Below are positions 61,580-64,000 of a stretch of DNA of 64,000 bases, piece by piece. The notes beneath the pieces are model-generated. The model was not told the origin of the DNA, ran no database searches, and was given only the letters and a program-made list of their open reading frames with translations. Source of the stretch: Candidatus Latescibacterota bacterium (GTDB lineage: Bacteria; Latescibacterota; UBA2968; UBA8231); assembly GCA_965248355.1 (NCBI GenBank), contig OZ252098.1:2176001-2240000 (forward strand), in the 5' to 3' direction. The position numbers and the translations under genes are program-made. Position 1 is the stretch's first letter, and each line of letters starts with the position of its first letter.

Positions 61580-62547
61580 TCCAGACGGCCTCCCTGAGCC
61601 GGCATACCGCCATCGAGACGGGCATCGATCGATTCCTCGTCTCCCTGGCCGAGGCCGGTCCTTTCGGTCGATCGCCCCTCCGCCCCGGGACCCGGCGCGC
61701 CTACGGCGTCGACCTCGACCAGTTCGCCCGCTTCCTGCACACCCGTATCACCGCGCCCACCGTGGCCAATGTCCCCACCGAGGCGGTGGCGGCCTTCGCC
61801 CGGCACCTGACCGACGCCGGCCGGTCGCCCCGCACCGTGGCCCGCAAGCTGGCCGCCGTACGCCGGCTGTTCCGCTTCTTGTGCTCGCAGGGGGTCTGTC
61901 CCGCCGACCCTTCCACCGGCGTGCGCGGGCCCCGTCCGTCCGACGACCCGGCCCCCCTCACGCCCGAGGAGATGCGCGCCCTGCTGGCCCGGCCCGAGTT
62001 GGGCTCCTTCACCGGCGCCCGGAACCGGGCCCTGCTGGAGCTGCTCTACGGCGCCGGCCTGCGGCTCTCGGAAGCGGTGGGCCTGAACCTGAGCCACCTC
62101 GGCTTGGCCGACGGTCGTCTGCGGCTCACCGGCCCCACCCCCCGCGCCGTTCCCCTGGGACCGCAGGCGACGGAGGCGCTGCAGGCCTACCTGCTGCGCC
62201 GGGCGGAGGCGCTCCTGGCGCGGTCGATCTCCTCCGTCGACGCCGGCGCGCTCTTCGTCAGCGCCCGCGGGCGCCGCCTGCATCCGCGCTCGATCCAGCG
62301 CATCGTCGAGCGCTACCTGCGCCTCCTCGAGTCACCGCCGACCTCGACCCGGACGAGGACGCCGCGCCACCGGGGCCCCGGCCAGTTGCGCGCCGCCTGC
62401 GCCCGGCATCTGGTCGAGGCGGGCGCCGACCCCGGGCTCGTCTCCGCCCTCCTCGACCGAAGGCCCGCGGCCCCCCCCGACCCGAGCCGCCACCAGGACC
62501 TCTCCGAGCTGACGGCGCGCTACCGGCGGGCCCACCCGCGGGCCTGA
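61576..62547 (+). CDS. XerC-like tyrosine recombinase homolog with degenerate active site (start codon non-canonical and uncertain)
   Basis: N-terminal SAM-like domain (TRRAYGVDL...RTVARKLAAVRRLFRFL), LYGAGLRLSE and C-terminal Y..AHPRA; catalytic K, H, H and Y are absent. Confidence 0.8.
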   Translation: MIQTASLSRHTAIETGIDRFLVSLAEAGPFGRSPLRPGTRRAYGVDLDQFARFLHTRITAPTVANVPTEAVAAFARHLTDAGRSPRTVARKLAAVRRLFRFLCSQGVCPADPSTGVRGPRPSDDPAPLTPEEMRALLARPELGSFTGARNRALLELLYGAGLRLSEAVGLNLSHLGLADGRLRLTGPTPRAVPLGPQATEALQAYLLRRAEALLARSISSVDAGALFVSARGRRLHPRSIQRIVERYLRLLESPPTSTRTRTPRHRGPGQLRAACARHLVEAGADPGLVSALLDRRPAAPPDPSRHQDLSELTARYRRAHPRA

Positions 62548-62559
62548 AGGGGGTCCACC

Positions 62560-64000
62560 ATGCCGCGTCTGCTCTGCGCTGCCCTCGCCGCGGGGCTGGC
62601 CGCGGCCCTCGGCTGCGCCAAGCAGGGCCGGCCCACGGGAGGCCCGGTGGATCGGACCGCTCCGGTGGTTGTCTCCCACCGGCCCGCCCCCGACGCCACC
62701 GGCGTCGATCGACGTCAGGTGGTGACCATCGAGTTCAGCGAGGCCATGGATCGAGGGCGGACGGAGGAGTCGGTCTTCCTGGCTCCCCGAAGCGACTTCG
62801 AGGCCCACTGGAGAGGACGCCGGCTGCGCATCACGGTCCCCGGCGGCCTGGCGGAGGAGCGCACCTACGTGGTCACCGTCGGCACCGACGCCCGGGACCT
62901 GCGCGGCAATGGCCTGGAGCAGTCCTTCCAGTTGGCCTTCGCCACCGGCGGCCGGCTGGACGCCGGGAGCCTCTCCGGGAGCGTGCTGGCGGCGGATCTC
63001 GAGCCCCAGCGGGGCGCCTTCGTCTGGGCCTACGACATGGAGCTCTTCGACGGCCGCACCGGCGTCGACCCGCCGGACTACGTCACCCAGAGCGGGGCCG
63101 GCGGCGGGTTCCGCTTCGACCGGCTCGCCGGCAGCCGCTACCGGACGATCGCCTTCGTCGACGGCAACCGGAACCAGCGGCCGGACCCCGGAGAGCCCCT
63201 GGCCCTCCCCGACGAGGACAGGGTGGCCTCCACCGATGGCGAGGCCGGCGGCGGCGTGCTCGTGCTGGCCGCGAGGGACCCCGAGGTCCGCGTGCAGCGG
63301 ATCAGCGCCGTCGATCGCCGGCGCATCCTGCTGGCCTTCGAGAGGCCGGTGGATGCCGCCAGCCTGGAGGTGGAGATGGGATCTCTCGACGTTCAGGAGA
63401 TCCATGCCCACCCCACGGACCCGAGGAGGATCTATGCCGTCACCGCCGAGCAGCAGCCGGGACGGACCTACCGCCCCACCGTGCGGTTGGCCGGCCACGG
63501 CGTGGAGGTCCCCCGAGAGCCGGTACGCGGGACCGACCGGGAGGACCGCGGCCGCCCGGAGGTGGTCGGACTGGGTCCTCAGGGCCTGACCGTCGAGGCG
63601 GATTCCCTGGTTCTCACCTTCTCCGAGGCGATGGACCCGTCGGCCGTACCCTCCATGGCGGCGAGAGATACCACCTCGGCCCCTCCCCCCGGCCGCTGGC
63701 GCTGGACGGGTCCCCTGTCCCTGGCCTTCACCCCGGAGCCGCCCCTGGAGCCCGGGGCCCACCGGCTCGAGGTGCGGCTGGGCGGCCTTCGCGACCGGGC
63801 CGGCAACGCGCCCCAGGACTCGACGGCCCTCCTCGGCTTCGAGTTGCTGCCGGCCGCCGACCGGGCCTCGGTGGAGGGGAAGGCCGGGTGGCCGGCTGCA
63901 AGCGGGCCCGTTCAGGTTCGGCTCCGGCCGCCTGGCGGCCCCGCCTTGAGGGCCGACGTCGACTCGGCGGGCCTCTTCGCCTTCCCCGGGATCGCGCCCG
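62560..64000 (+). CDS. Ig-like (Big_5) domain lipoprotein (partial; runs off the window)
   Basis: Manual translation MPRLLCAALAAGLAAALGCAKQGRPTGGPVDRTAP...IEFSEAMD...DLRGN...AFATG; lipobox-like ALGC; second FSEAMD repeat near 63620. Confidence 0.8.
   Translation, partial: MPRLLCAALAAGLAAALGCAKQGRPTGGPVDRTAPVVVSHRPAPDATGVDRRQVVTIEFSEAMDRGRTEESVFLAPRSDFEAHWRGRRLRITVPGGLAEERTYVVTVGTDARDLRGNGLEQSFQLAFATGGRLDAGSLSGSVLAADLEPQRGAFVWAYDMELFDGRTGVDPPDYVTQSGAGGGFRFDRLAGSRYRTIAFVDGNRNQRPDPGEPLALPDEDRVASTDGEAGGGVLVLAARDPEVRVQRISAVDRRRILLAFERPVDAASLEVEMGSLDVQEIHAHPTDPRRIYAVTAEQQPGRTYRPTVRLAGHGVEVPREPVRGTDREDRGRPEVVGLGPQGLTVEADSLVLTFSEAMDPSAVPSMAARDTTSAPPPGRWRWTGPLSLAFTPEPPLEPGAHRLEVRLGGLRDRAGNAPQDSTALLGFELLPAADRASVEGKAGWPAASGPVQVRLRPPGGPALRADVDSAGLFAFPGIAP

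Noticed and set aside
61576..64000. Tyrosine recombinase as the boundary of a prophage or island
   Set aside because: XerC-type sequence in housekeeping context with no att repeats, tRNA or mobile genes.

Overview
High-GC bacterial chromosomal segment. Gene families such as DUF5686-like, the Big_5 lipoprotein, TPR-exbB-exbD-exbD-tonB, PhyH and Gfo/Idh suggest an FCB-superphylum-like lineage such as Latescibacterota; this is inference only. Left ~32 kb is accessory: catabolic and beta-propeller genes, several with internal deletions or frameshifts; a sigma54/two-component-linked ABC (MacAB-like) export cluster with four permease paralogs; and a nupC/kinase/udh-like/wecA/degT block. Right ~32 kb is mostly housekeeping: pgsA-like, xseAB, ymdB, rny, zapAB, pheST, rplT/rpmI, surE, bioY, accD, ECF sigma, TonB system, nrdR-nrdJ, map, topA and a xerC-like gene. 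No rRNA, tRNA, CRISPR array, IS or prophage block was seen. The most striking observation is an intact XerC-like ORF after topA that lacks four of six catalytic residues, including the Tyr nucleophile. Other leads are a small phage-like gene under a palindromic operator, an unannotated 42-aa basic ORF, two sigma54 promoters and a cluster of eroded catabolic genes. All family calls come from motif recognition by eye; no searches were run.
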